DNA of 64,000 nucleotides, from positions 78,013 through 142,012 of the forward strand of contig JABFXP010000051.1 in assembly GCA_013361685.1 (NCBI GenBank), read 5' to 3'. The notes below the pieces were generated by a model. The model was not told the origin of the DNA, searched no databases, and saw only the letters and a list, made by a program, of their open reading frames with translations. The translations under genes and the position numbers were made by a program. Source of the stretch: Catenulispora sp. GTDB taxonomy: Bacteria; Actinomycetota; Actinomycetes; Streptomycetales; Catenulisporaceae. Position 1 is the stretch's first letter. Every line of letters begins with the position of its first letter. This document shows positions 9,432 through 19,297 of the stretch, one piece after another.

Positions 9432-9450
9432 TTAGGTAAGCCTTACCTGA
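9432..9450. promoter_or_regulatory. IdeR/DmdR-type iron box upstream of the Fe(3+) ABC operon
   Basis: TTAGGTAAGCCTTACCTGA matches 15 of 19 positions of the consensus TTAGGTTAGGCTAACCTAA. It is palindromic and sits about 140 nt upstream of the SBP start. Confidence 0.55.
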
Positions 9451-9587
9451 GCTATGTTCTCTCTCGCCGGCCGGACCCGGCATCGGTGGCCCGGACGTCG
9501 GGAAACATCGTGGGCCGGCCGAACCATTGTTGTGCCCAAGGCGGAGCCGTCGGCCGAGCCTGACCGGAAGACGGAGAGACCCTCATC

Positions 9588-10655
9588 GTGCTCAGAATCG
9601 GACGTCCTGCCATAGCCCTTGCGGTCGCGACCGCTTCCCTTGCTGGACTGGCCGGTTGTGGCAGTTCGTCCGGGACGTCCGCGGCGGCCGGATCCTCGGC
9701 TGGTGGCAGCCAGTCGCTGTCCGGGCAGTCGATCACCGTCTACAGCGGCCAGCACGAGCAGACGGTGAAGGTCCTTGCCGCGGACTTCGAGAAGCGCACC
9801 GGCGTCAAGGTGAACCTGCGCTCCGGCGACGAGGCCGAGCTCGCCAATCAGATCCTGCAGGAGGGTTCGGCCTCTCCGGCGGACGTCTTCTACGCCGAGA
9901 ACCCGCCGGCGTTGAGCGTTCTGGACGAGAAGGGCCTGCTCGCCCCGGTCGCAGCCGACACCCTCAAAGCCGTCCCGGCCTCGGACAGCTCGGCGAACGG
10001 CGACTGGGTCGGCGTCTCGGCTCGCGCGGCCGCGTTCGTCGCCACGAGCGGCACCCCCGCGGACACCGCACCGCCAGCCTCGGTGCTGGATCTGGCCAAG
10101 CCGGAGTGGAAGGGCCGCCTGGGCATAGCGCCGTCGGAGACCGACTTCGCACCGGTCGTGACGCGCGTGATCCACAGCGCGGGGGCCGATGCGGCCAAGG
10201 CCTGGCTGCTGGGCCTGAAGGCCAACGCCAAGGTCTACAACAGCAACGAGGACCTATCCGCCGCGGTCAACTCCGGCGAGGTGCAGGGCGGCGTCATCGA
10301 CCACTACTACTGGTTCCGGCTGCGTGATGAGAAGGGTGCCGGCGACACCCATAGCGTGCTGCACTATTTCACCAAGGGCGATCCCGGCGCGCTCGTCGAC
10401 GTCTCCGGGGCCGGGATCCTCAAGAGCAGCAAGCACCAGCAGGCCGCGCAGGCGCTCCTAGCCTACCTCGACAGCACGCCGGCTCAGCAGCTGATCGCGT
10501 CATCGCAGAGCTATGAGTATCCGCTGGTCGCCGGGGTCCAGGGCCGTAGCGGACTCGTCGCGCTCGGCACCGTCGGCACGGTGGCCGACGCCACCCAGCT
10601 CGGCGACGGCAAGCAGGCCCTGCAGTTGCTGCAGGACACCGGCCTGCTGCAGTGA
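9588..10655 (+). CDS. Fe(3+) ABC transporter substrate-binding lipoprotein (FbpA/AfuA-like)
   Basis: Signal peptide with lipobox LAGC. Block ITVYSGQHEQ...FEKRTGVKVNLRSGD is typical of iron(III)-binding SBPs. GTG start after a GGAGAG RBS. Confidence 0.85.
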   Translation: MLRIGRPAIALAVATASLAGLAGCGSSSGTSAAAGSSAGGSQSLSGQSITVYSGQHEQTVKVLAADFEKRTGVKVNLRSGDEAELANQILQEGSASPADVFYAENPPALSVLDEKGLLAPVAADTLKAVPASDSSANGDWVGVSARAAAFVATSGTPADTAPPASVLDLAKPEWKGRLGIAPSETDFAPVVTRVIHSAGADAAKAWLLGLKANAKVYNSNEDLSAAVNSGEVQGGVIDHYYWFRLRDEKGAGDTHSVLHYFTKGDPGALVDVSGAGILKSSKHQQAAQALLAYLDSTPAQQLIASSQSYEYPLVAGVQGRSGLVALGTVGTVADATQLGDGKQALQLLQDTGLLQ

Positions 10656-12223
10656 GGAATCCGCTCCCGGCGCTCGGCCCGGCACCGCTGTCGCGGTGCC
10701 GGGCCGTTGGCGTGCTCCCGCTGCTCGCCTTCGCCGTCGTCGCCGTCCTGGCTCTGCCGCTGGTCTTCGTCGGCATGCAGGCCGCACAGGCAGGCTGGGC
10801 CGAGGCCGGCCGGCTGTTCTCCCGACCCCTGGTCGGGACGCTGGTTTGGCACACTGTTGAGTTGACCGCGGCGGTCACCTCGGCGTGCGTCGTCATCGGG
10901 TTCGGTGCCGCCTATCTCCTCGAGCGCACCGATCTGCCCGGCCGCAGGTGGTGGATGGTGCTGCTGGCTCTGCCGCTGGCGGTGCCGGAGTTCGTCCGTG
11001 GCTATTCCTGGGTCTCGTTGTTCCCCGCGGTTCACGGGTACTGGGGTGCGGTGCTGGTGATGACGTGCTCCCTGTATCCCCTTGTGTTCCTGCCCGTTGC
11101 CGCGACCTTGAGAGGCCGCCACACCGCCGCCGAGGAAGTGTCGCGCAGCCTGGGGCACGGGCCGTGGTTCACCATGTGGCGCGTTACGCTGCCTTTGTGC
11201 CGGCCTGCTCTGACCGGCGGCGCCCTCCTGGTGTCGCTGTACCTGCTGGGTGAATACGGCGCGTTCGCCATGCTGCGGTACACCACCTTCGCGACCGCGA
11301 TCTACACCGAGTTCCAGCTCGGGTTCGACGCCGCGTCCGCGTCCTTGCTCGCCTTGGTGCTCGTCGGACTCGCGTTGCTGCTGCTGGGCCTGGACGCGGC
11401 GACGGGTCGACGAGGCCGGATCGCAGTCACCGGTCGCGCCGGCAACGGTTCCCGCCTGGCCCGGCTGGGACGGTGGCGGATCGCGGCCCTGGCGGGGCTT
11501 ATCGGCGTCGTCGGCATTTCACTCGGCGTTCCCTGCTACGCCCTCGGATACTGGCTCATCAAGGGAAGCTCGACCACCCTCCCTTCGGCTTCGGTGTTCG
11601 GCGCCACGCTCACGACCCTCGGTTACGCCTTCGCCGCGGCCCTGGTGTCGACCGTCGCGGCCGTGCCGGTTGCGCTGTACGCGTGGCGCCGCGATACCCG
11701 GCTGGCCCGCGCTGCGGAGCGCGCGGCGTATGTCACGCGCGCGCTGCCCGGCATCGCCGTCGCGCTGTCAGTGGTCTTCTTCGCCATCCGCTACGCCCAG
11801 CCGCTGTACCAGCAGCCGCCTCTGCTCGTCGCCGGCTACGTGATCCTGTACTTCCCGCTGGCTCTCACGGCGATCCGGGGCGCACTCGCCCAGGTCCCGC
11901 CAGGCGTCGAAGAAGTCGCCCGCTCACTGGGCACCCGCCCGACCGCCGTCCTGCTCAGGGTCACGCTCCCGCTGATCCGGCCGGGACTCGGAGCCGCCCT
12001 GGCGATGGTGGCCCTCACCGCGAGCACGGAACTGACCGCCACTTTGCTGCTGCGTCCGACCGGGACCGACACCCTGGCCACCCGGTTCTGGGCCTACACC
12101 AGCGGCTTGGCCTACGGCGCCGCGGCGCCCTACGCCGCGCTGATGACCGCGATGTCCGTGCCATCCGTCCTCCTGCTCACCCGCCGCACGCTCGGCGCCG
12201 ACCATCGGGTGGAGACATCATGA
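10652..12223 (+). CDS. iron ABC transporter permease (duplicated BPD-type transmembrane domains)
   Basis: 523-aa polytopic protein. GTGA overlap with the SBP gene and ATGA overlap with the ATPase gene. Confidence 0.85.
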   Translation: MRNPLPALGPAPLSRCRAVGVLPLLAFAVVAVLALPLVFVGMQAAQAGWAEAGRLFSRPLVGTLVWHTVELTAAVTSACVVIGFGAAYLLERTDLPGRRWWMVLLALPLAVPEFVRGYSWVSLFPAVHGYWGAVLVMTCSLYPLVFLPVAATLRGRHTAAEEVSRSLGHGPWFTMWRVTLPLCRPALTGGALLVSLYLLGEYGAFAMLRYTTFATAIYTEFQLGFDAASASLLALVLVGLALLLLGLDAATGRRGRIAVTGRAGNGSRLARLGRWRIAALAGLIGVVGISLGVPCYALGYWLIKGSSTTLPSASVFGATLTTLGYAFAAALVSTVAAVPVALYAWRRDTRLARAAERAAYVTRALPGIAVALSVVFFAIRYAQPLYQQPPLLVAGYVILYFPLALTAIRGALAQVPPGVEEVARSLGTRPTAVLLRVTLPLIRPGLGAALAMVALTASTELTATLLLRPTGTDTLATRFWAYTSGLAYGAAAPYAALMTAMSVPSVLLLTRRTLGADHRVETS

Positions 12224-13254
12224 GCGGCCTGTCCATCAGCGGACTTCACGCGGGCCACGGCCGGACCGGGATCCTCGACGGCATCGACCTCGCCGTGCCG
12301 AATGGTGCGCTGGCCTGTGTCCTGGGCCCGTCAGGCTGCGGCAAGAGCACCCTGCTGAGAGTCATCGCAGGCTTCCATCCGGCCAAGAGCGGACGGATCA
12401 TGCTCGGTGACCGTGTCCTGGACGACGGCCGGCTCCGGCTGCCCGCCGAGCGTCGCCGCGTCGGATACGTCCCCCAGGACGGTGCGCTGTTCCCGCACCT
12501 GAGCGTCGCCGGGAACATCGGATTCGGACTTTCCCGCGGCGGCAGACGCGACCGCGTCGCGGAACTCGTCGAACTGGTCGGCCTCACCGGGCTCGAAAAG
12601 CGCTATCCGCACCAGCTTTCGGGCGGTCAGCAGCAGCGCGTCGCCCTGGCCCGGGCTTTGGCGCCGCAGCCGGAACTTCTGCTGCTGGACGAGCCGTTCG
12701 CCGCCCTGGACGCGGCCTTGAGAACCGAGGTCCGAGCCGAGGTCGCCGCGATGCTGCGACGAGCGGGCACCACGGCGATCCTGGTCACCCACGACCATGA
12801 AGAGGCCTTGACCTTCGCGGACGTCATCGCCGTCATGCGCGACGGCCGCATCGCCCAGACCGGAACGCCCGACGCGCTGTACCACCGGCCGGCGGACGCG
12901 GGCGTAGCGCGCTTCCTGGGCGAAGCCAACCTGCTGGCTGCCGAGATCGAGAACGGCAGCGCCCGCACCGCCTTCGGTGAGCTGCCGCTCACCAACGCAG
13001 CTCACGAGGCGAGGAACGCGATGGTCATGGTCCGCCCTCGTCAGGTACGCCTGGCAGCCTCGGCCTACCCGGGTACGGTGAAGGCCCGAGTCGCCCATTG
13101 CCACTTCCGAGGCCACGACTATCGCGTCGAGATCGTCACCGCCCAAGGAGATGACCTGCCCGGCCGCCTCATCGCCTACATCGACACCGCCCCGCCGCAG
13201 ATCGGCGACACCGTCCATGTCGCGATCCATGGCCAGGCGCACCACTGTCCCTGA
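12220..13254 (+). CDS. ABC transporter ATP-binding protein (iron import)
   Basis: Walker A GPSGCGKST, signature LSGGQQQRVALARAL, Walker B LLLLDEPF. The rest of the 593-aa track ORF upstream of 12220 is out-of-frame overlap with the permease gene. Confidence 0.9.
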   Translation: MSGLSISGLHAGHGRTGILDGIDLAVPNGALACVLGPSGCGKSTLLRVIAGFHPAKSGRIMLGDRVLDDGRLRLPAERRRVGYVPQDGALFPHLSVAGNIGFGLSRGGRRDRVAELVELVGLTGLEKRYPHQLSGGQQQRVALARALAPQPELLLLDEPFAALDAALRTEVRAEVAAMLRRAGTTAILVTHDHEEALTFADVIAVMRDGRIAQTGTPDALYHRPADAGVARFLGEANLLAAEIENGSARTAFGELPLTNAAHEARNAMVMVRPRQVRLAASAYPGTVKARVAHCHFRGHDYRVEIVTAQGDDLPGRLIAYIDTAPPQIGDTVHVAIHGQAHHCP

Positions 13255-13398
13255 TGATCCTTCAGCGAAGCGCCGGATGTGACGATTCAGGCCGCCTCGG
13301 CCGTCCGCTGAGGCTCGCTGCCGTCTTGCCGTACGGCGTCATCCTGCGCTGTCCGTGTCCGCTGCGCCATCCTCGCGCGAAACCTCAGGGAGCCCGTC

Positions 13399-14706
13399 GT
13401 GGTATCCGATGTCGCGGCGCTGTACTGCCGCACACCCCGAAGGCAGGATCCGGACCCGGTCGGGATCGACGTCCAGGAGGCCCTGGGCGTCGCCGAAGCG
13501 CGGCGACTGGGGCTGGACCTGCCGCCCCGGTGTGTGTACATAGACCATCGTGGCATTGACTGGCAACGAGGCCGGCCCAGGGCCGGCTGGGATGGTCTTC
13601 TGAGTGCGTTGCGTGCCGGCGGCGTGGGTTCTGTCCTGCTATACCGGCCCGAATCCCTGGCCTCGCAGTCCTTCGACCTCGCAGAGCTCTTCGCCCTCGC
13701 CGACGAGCGGGGGATCACGCTGCACGGGTTCGGGGCCGATTCGGAACGGCGAGACGCCGCCTTCTGGGCGGCCCTGCGAAATACTGTCGAGACGGTCTGC
13801 GCGACCCGGTCGATGGTGTCAGCTGCGGCGCAGTCCGCACACATTGCGGCGGCTGTGAGCGGGCGTCCGCATGGCGGGGGACGGCGACCCTATGGCTATA
13901 CCACCGGTATGGGCGAACTGGTGGCCGCTGAAGCGGCGATCGTCGCAGAGATCTTCGACAGGTTCGTCGAAGGGGCTTCGCTGCGTTCCATCGCCCAGGA
14001 CCTCAATGCCCGCGGTGTGCCGACGTCCACCGGGAAGAGCTGGAGCGTCGGAGGAATCGGGCGGATCGTGGACGCGCCCCGGTACGCGGGACTGCGGGTC
14101 AGGCACGGCGAGGTCGTGGCGGGCCGAACCGCCGTCTGGCCACCGTGCGTCGATGTCGATGTGTGGGAGCGAGCCCGCGCCCTCCGTCGTGGAGCCGGGC
14201 AGGAGCGGCCCCGGCATGTCTACCTCCTGACCGGGCTCGTGGTGTGTGCGGTGTGCGGCGGGCACATGGTGGGGTCGTCGGTGAACGGCTACCGGGTCTA
14301 CGCCTGCGCCGGGCACCTGCCGTCGAGCCCCGGCCACCGGCGGCGCTACATCAGCGCGGACAATCTCGAAGGCCAGGTCGTCGAGCAAGCGCTCGTCATG
14401 CTCGAAGGCTGGGAAGCGGAGGATGCGCGGACTGTGCCGATCGCCTCGCCCTACGAGGTGCCCGATCCCTCGGCCAACTCCACTGCGCCTCGCGCCCTCA
14501 TCGTCATCCGGTCGGCCGCGGCCATGGACGGCGTCGTGATCGGGCCAGGGGCGCGATTCGCCTGGAACCGGCTCAGCGCCGAGCATAAGGCCGCTGTACT
14601 GCGTTTCCTGTTCACGGTGATCCGTATCGGCCCCTCCACCAAACCCCGACCGGTGTTCGACGCGGGCCGCGCCGATATCGTCCCGGCAGTGCTGCGGCGA
14701 CCATAA
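13399..14706 (+). CDS. large serine recombinase-like protein (resolvase + recombinase + zinc-ribbon regions), atypical catalytic motif
   Basis: Recombinase-domain blocks GRPHGGGRRPYGY, IAQDLNARGVPTSTGKSWS and PRYAGLRV, and Zn-ribbon LLTGLVVCAVCGGHM...YACAGH. The N-terminal motif reads YCRTPRRQD where Y-x-R-x-S is expected. Confidence 0.7.
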   Translation: MVSDVAALYCRTPRRQDPDPVGIDVQEALGVAEARRLGLDLPPRCVYIDHRGIDWQRGRPRAGWDGLLSALRAGGVGSVLLYRPESLASQSFDLAELFALADERGITLHGFGADSERRDAAFWAALRNTVETVCATRSMVSAAAQSAHIAAAVSGRPHGGGRRPYGYTTGMGELVAAEAAIVAEIFDRFVEGASLRSIAQDLNARGVPTSTGKSWSVGGIGRIVDAPRYAGLRVRHGEVVAGRTAVWPPCVDVDVWERARALRRGAGQERPRHVYLLTGLVVCAVCGGHMVGSSVNGYRVYACAGHLPSSPGHRRRYISADNLEGQVVEQALVMLEGWEAEDARTVPIASPYEVPDPSANSTAPRALIVIRSAAAMDGVVIGPGARFAWNRLSAEHKAAVLRFLFTVIRIGPSTKPRPVFDAGRADIVPAVLRRP

Positions 14707-15104
14707 CCAATGTTCGCCCTCTCAACGCACATACCGGAAACCGCACAGGCCCCGGCGACGTTCGCGCCCATGTCATGCTCGAGGGCTGATCAAGAGCTTC
14801 GCTGCCTGCGGCACGGGTTGCCGGCGGCTCCGGGCGCGGCCGTAACCGGCGATGCACGGCCGGACCCGAGCCATCGGATGGCCGCCGGGTTACCAGATAC
14901 CAACGCATGACCAAAACTTTGCCAAACCGATGCTGTACAACGCGAAACGCGAACCGGCATGCGGCTCAACCGAGGTGATCGCCTCGCTACGCACGGGGTC
15001 TTCCATCAAGGAGAGCACATGCGCAAAAGCACAGCCGCCGGCCTGACGGGCATAGCCGCGATCGCGGCGTCCGTGGCCGGCGTCGCCGCCCCGGCCCAGG
15101 CCGC

Positions 15105-15306
15105 CCGGTGATACCGACCGGGATCGTGGCTATGACCAGCAGCCAGGCCAGGCGCAGGGTGAGTTCTCGAGGCGGCGGGTGCGGGCGGAGGTGATGAGCC
15201 CGCCGATGATGCGCACCCAGTCTCGCCAGTAGAACAGCAGCAGGGCGCAGGCGGTGGCCACGTGCAGGGCGACGATGAACGCCAGGTACGGCGACGTCTC
15301 GGAGGT
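15105..15306 (-). pseudogene. uppP: undecaprenyl-diphosphatase (UppP/BacA) internal fragment, frameshifted
   Basis: LAFIVALHVATACALLLFYWRDW..., then in a second frame RLAWLLVIATIPVGITG. There is no N- or C-terminal part of the gene. Confidence 0.55.
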
Positions 15307-15323
15307 CGCGGTGGAGTTCTCGG

Positions 15324-15536
15324 GGCCAGGGCGATGCCCACGCCGCCGGCGCCGCAGGCCAGTTCCAGGACGCGGTCTCCCGGGCGCGGTGCGGCCATGC
15401 GGATCATCTCGGCCGTGACGACTTGCGCCCGCCGTTCGACGTAGTCGGCGTGTTCCTCCCACGGCGCGGCGACCGCGGCCCACATGCCGTGGACCTGCTG
15501 GCGGATGGCTTCGGGGGCAGGGGTTGCGGTGGTCAT
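15324..15536 (-). pseudogene. class I SAM-dependent methyltransferase, N-terminal 71-codon fragment
   Basis: ATG at 15536 after a GGGAGG RBS. Sequence runs to SAM motif I, RVLELACGAGGVGIALA, and then joins the UppP fragment. Confidence 0.5.
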
Positions 15537-15594
15537 GGCGACCTCCCATATTCGTTGCACGTGGCGTGCACTGAATTTGTTCTAGACTACACCC

Positions 15595-16236
15595 GTGACA
15601 GAGGAGGTCAAGCGGCGCTACCACGCCCCGCAACGCGCCGAACAGGCGACGGCGCGGCGGGCATCCCTGGTCGACGCGGCCGCGAAACTGTTCGCCGAGC
15701 ACGGCTACGCCGCCACGACCATGCCGGCGATCGCAGACCGGGCCGGCGTCTCGCTGCGGACCGCACACGCCGCGTTCGGGACGAAGAGCCGCCTGCTGCG
15801 CGCGGTCTGGGATCGCGCCCTCAAGGGCGACCTGGGCGAGGAGCCCATGGCCGACCGGCCGTGGTACCTGGAGGTGCTGGAGCAGCCCGACCCACACCGA
15901 CAGCTTGAACTCGTCGCCCGCCATTCCCGGATCGTCAAGGAACGCATCGGCCCGATCCTGAAGGTGATCCGCGGCGGCGCGGAAACCGAACCGGATCTCG
16001 CAGAGCTGTGGGAGCTGATCCAAAGCGACTTCCGCACCAACCAGAAGGCGATCGTGGAAAGCCTCGCCGCCAAGGGCGCGCTTCGCGACAGCCTGGATGT
16101 CGAACGAGGGGCCGACATCCTCTGGACGCTGAACAACCCCGACGTCTGGCTGCTCCTGGTGGACCGGCGCGGATGGTCGCCGGCTCAATGGGAAGCGTGG
16201 TTCTTGGACGCAGCCGGCAACCAGCTGATCGGCTGA
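15595..16236 (+). CDS. TetR/AcrR family transcriptional regulator
   Basis: N-terminal TetR HTH (LVDAAAKLFAEHGYAATTMPAIADRAGVSLRTAHAAFGTK). Confidence 0.85.
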   Translation: MTEEVKRRYHAPQRAEQATARRASLVDAAAKLFAEHGYAATTMPAIADRAGVSLRTAHAAFGTKSRLLRAVWDRALKGDLGEEPMADRPWYLEVLEQPDPHRQLELVARHSRIVKERIGPILKVIRGGAETEPDLAELWELIQSDFRTNQKAIVESLAAKGALRDSLDVERGADILWTLNNPDVWLLLVDRRGWSPAQWEAWFLDAAGNQLIG

Positions 16237-16499
16237 CGACTGGTCCGACTGGTCCGACTGGCGCGACTGGGCCAGCCGCCCCAGTCGGACCCGCCAGGCC
16301 CCGAGGGCCGGTTGGTCCCGCCCGCCGGTGGCAAAGCAACGGCATGGGATGCTGCTGCCAGTCGGTGACCTGACCGGAGTAAGGCGGTGCCCTGGAGCAT
16401 CTGTGTGTCCTGGCACACCATCGACAGCCCGCGCAGCGCCATGTCCAAGCCCGGCGCCTCCGGTGCGGCATAGCGCTCCGCGGGAAGGTCCTGGTCGAC

Positions 16500-16943
16500 G
16501 TGCAGAGCCGGAACACCCTGGCCGAGATCGACCCGGCCACCCTGGCGATCACCCGCCGTCTGGACCTGCCCGGTTGCGACCACGACCACGGCCTGGCCCT
16601 GGATGCGGCCGAGCGGCTGGCGTTCGTGGCCTGCGACGGCAACGCCCGGCTGCTGACCGTCGACCTGGACGCCTGGAAGGTCACCGCGAACCAGCCGGTC
16701 GGCGTCGACCCCGACGTCCTGGCCTACGACCCGGCCGCCGCACGGCTGTATGTAGCCTGCGAGTCCGGCTGGCTCACCGTCGCCAACCGGCACGGCAAGA
16801 CGTTGAACATCACCGGATCGGCGCACCTCGCTGACGGCGCGCACGTGGTGGCCGTCGACCCGGTCACGCACCGCAGCTACTACCCCGTCCCGGCCGGGCC
16901 CGGCGGCAGGCCGGCCCTGCTGATCGAAGAGCCGACGACCTGA
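16500..16943 (+). CDS. beta-propeller repeat (YncE/YVTN-lactonase-like) protein, apparently N-terminally truncated
   Basis: Repeats of the type LAFVACDGNARLLTVDL and LYVACESGWLTV. Only about 147 aa are present, with an in-frame stop just upstream of a GTG start. Confidence 0.45.
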   Translation: MQSRNTLAEIDPATLAITRRLDLPGCDHDHGLALDAAERLAFVACDGNARLLTVDLDAWKVTANQPVGVDPDVLAYDPAAARLYVACESGWLTVANRHGKTLNITGSAHLADGAHVVAVDPVTHRSYYPVPAGPGGRPALLIEEPTT

Positions 16944-16966
16944 CGGCGGCGCCGAAGGAGGACACG

Positions 16967-17338
16967 ATGACCACGACCCTGGCCTCGGACCCGGTGTTCG
17001 GCAACGCCCACATCCTTGGAACCGCCGCTTTGACAGCCGTGTTCGCGCTCGCCGCGGCCATCTGGCGGCTGGGCCGCGACGCCTGGATCGACGCGGTCGG
17101 CGTCGCGGTGGCCGCCGGGGCCTCGGTGTTCCTGTTCCGGGCCAGCGCCAACATGCCCCAGCTCAACGCCGACGGGATCTCCGGATTCTCGGCCGACGAC
17201 TGGCTCGCCCCCGTGCTCACCTACGTGTTCGTGTCCGTATACGCCGCCGCCCGGCCTCCGGCCGACCCGCGCCGTTTCGCCCAGACCCGGGCGCTGGCCG
17301 TCGTGGCCTCGCTGGCCGTGAACGTCATCACCATCTGA
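16967..17338 (+). CDS. hypothetical membrane protein
   Basis: ATG after a GAAGGAGG RBS; about four hydrophobic segments. Confidence 0.6.
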   Translation: MTTTLASDPVFGNAHILGTAALTAVFALAAAIWRLGRDAWIDAVGVAVAAGASVFLFRASANMPQLNADGISGFSADDWLAPVLTYVFVSVYAAARPPADPRRFAQTRALAVVASLAVNVITI

Positions 17339-17379
17339 ACACCACCGCGGCGGCTACCACCACCGAGAAGAGGGGTTCC

Positions 17380-18286
17380 ATGGGACGGGCCGACGTCTAC
17401 CTGCAGCCGGAGGCGAAAGACCCGGTGCTGTCCGAAGCCACCGTGCTGAAGATCGCTGCGGCGCACACCGACCGTGCGGCCCGCGTCCTGGAGGTCGACG
17501 AGTCCGGCGGGGAGGCGCGTGCCGACCTGCTGGACGGCGACGTGGTGGTCATAACCCAGCGCCCGCACCGGTTGCGCCCTCGCACGTCCCTGGCCAAGGA
17601 GGCGCGCTTGCTGGAGCACCTGGCCGTACCGCTGGGCGAACGTGTTCCGCAGCTGTTCGGATACGGCCGCCTGGACGCTCCCGAAGGGGAGGTGGAGTAC
17701 CTGGTGATCAGCCGGATGCCCGGCCACGCGGTCCGGCACCGGACTGTGGCCGGGGAGATCCGGGGCGCGCTGCTGTCCGCCACGGGTCGGATGCTCGCCC
17801 GGCTGCACACCGTCCCCACCGACGCACTGCTGAAGGAGGACGGGCTGTTCCCGGTCGACCCGGACGGGGCGGCCTTGCGCACCCGCATGGAAGCCGGATT
17901 CGCCGACCTGGTCGAGCTGATCGGGCAGCGGCCCGAGACCTGGCAGTCGCCGATGGCACCGGCCCAGGTCGCCGAGCAGGCGCTGGCGTTGCTGCCGGAC
18001 ACGTTCGTCCCGGTGGCGCTGCATTCCAATCCCGGCCCCACCCACGTGTTCTGCGACGAGACCGGCACGCTGACCGGCGTCATCGACTTCGGCGACTCCT
18101 ACCTCAGCCATCCGGTGCTGGACTTGCGCAGCTGGCCGGACCCTCGACGGTGCGCGCCCGGGCGTGGACTTCGAGGCCGCCTGGACAGCGGCCATGATCT
18201 ACACCGACGTCGCTGTGCTGGCCTCCCGACCCGAACTGGCCGACGCCGCGGCCGCCGACCTCACCGGACGCCTGGGGCGAGGCTGA
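17380..18286 (+). pseudogene. APH-family phosphotransferase, frameshifted near 18145
   Basis: Kinase motifs up to VIDFGDSYLSHPVLDLRSWPDP. The frame then becomes Arg-rich nonsense. The +1 frame gives LDGARPGVDFEAAWTAAMIYTDVAVLA...GRLGRG and stops at 18286, just before the next gene. Confidence 0.6.
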
Positions 18287-18295
18287 GCACCGCCG

Positions 18296-19130
18296 GTGAA
18301 CACAGCACCCGTGTACCGCACCGCGATGCCGCAGCCCCGGCGACCGCGTCTGCTGTGGCCGCTGCGGGCCTACTTCCGGCAGGTCGCCGGGCTCCTGGCC
18401 ATCGGGTCGCTGGCCGGCGTCGCCATGAACACCGCGGTCGTACTGCCCTCGGTCCTGCTGGGGCACGCCGTCGACACCGTCGCGTCCTACCGGCACGGAC
18501 AGACCGGCACCGCGGCGGTGACGACCGCCGCGCTGCTGGTGGTGGCCGGGGCACTGGCCACCGAGGTCCCCAGGGTCGGCAAGCGGTTCTGGCTGGGCGT
18601 CGCCCGCTCCCGGATCCGCGCCGACCTGCGCGCCGACGCCATGGCCGGGGTACTGTCTGTCCTGGCCCGCGGCCCGGCTGCACACCACGGCCACCGGGGA
18701 GATCATGGCCCGGATCATCGGCGACGTGGAGGTGGTCGGCACCGGCGTCGGCGAGGTCATCGTCGAGACCTGGGACACCCTGCTGTTCTCCCTGTCCCTG
18801 GCCGTGGCGACGCTCGTCTACTCCCCGACGCTCGCCCTGCTCGCGCTGGCTCCGGTGCCGATCGCCCTGAGCCTGGCCAAAGCCACCGGGAAGGCGGTGG
18901 CCCGGCGCACGGTCGCCGCCCGGCAGGCCAACGCGGCGTTGACCACGTTCGTCCAGGAGGCCTGACCGGTCTTCGGGTCCTGCGGGTCGCCGGGCGCGGC
19001 CCAGCCTGGGCGCACCGCATGGACGCCCTCGCCCGCGCCCAAGCCGCGGCCGAGCTGTCCGCGACCCGACTGGCCTCCGCGTCGGCGCCGCGCGCAGGCT
19101 CGTCCCCGGTGAGCGGCACCGGTTCCGAAA
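18296..19130 (+). pseudogene. ABC exporter (MsbA-type) transmembrane domain, two frameshifts and 3' truncation, no ATPase domain
   Basis: TMD sequence runs in frame 0 (LWPLRAYFRQVAGLLAIG...ADLRADAMAGVLS). It continues in frame +1 (TGEIMARIIGDVEVVGTGVGE...FVQEA), then returns to frame 0 (LTGLRVLRVAG...AAELSATRL). No Walker motifs follow. Confidence 0.6.
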
Positions 19131-19297
19131 CCCGCCGCGCCGCGCGTCCCGTCCGAACTGTCAGCCAGCTGACACAATCGACCCCTCGGCGACCCTTACC
19201 TCGTGGCAGCTGTCGGTGAGGGCAGGGGAAGGAAACGGACGCCGTGGCGGGTTCCCTGGCTGACACCTTCGGCCGCAACGACGGAGAGCAGGCCCGG

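Noticed and set aside
16237-16330. Collagen-like G-x-y triplets (GPTGPRGLAGPTGAAGPV...) on the minus strand. A (CCGGGGCCG)x3 repeat at 44921-44947 also encodes GPPGPPGPP.
   Set aside because: Both runs are 3-9 triplets, lack a start and flanking domains, and abut other genes. They are treated as remnants or GC-rich chance repeats, not collagen-like genes.
17380-18870. The 496-aa ORF read as a kinase with a long C-terminal extension.
   Set aside because: After residue ~255 the sequence is Arg-rich and overlaps the next gene. A +1 frame restores a sensible C-terminus ending at 18286.
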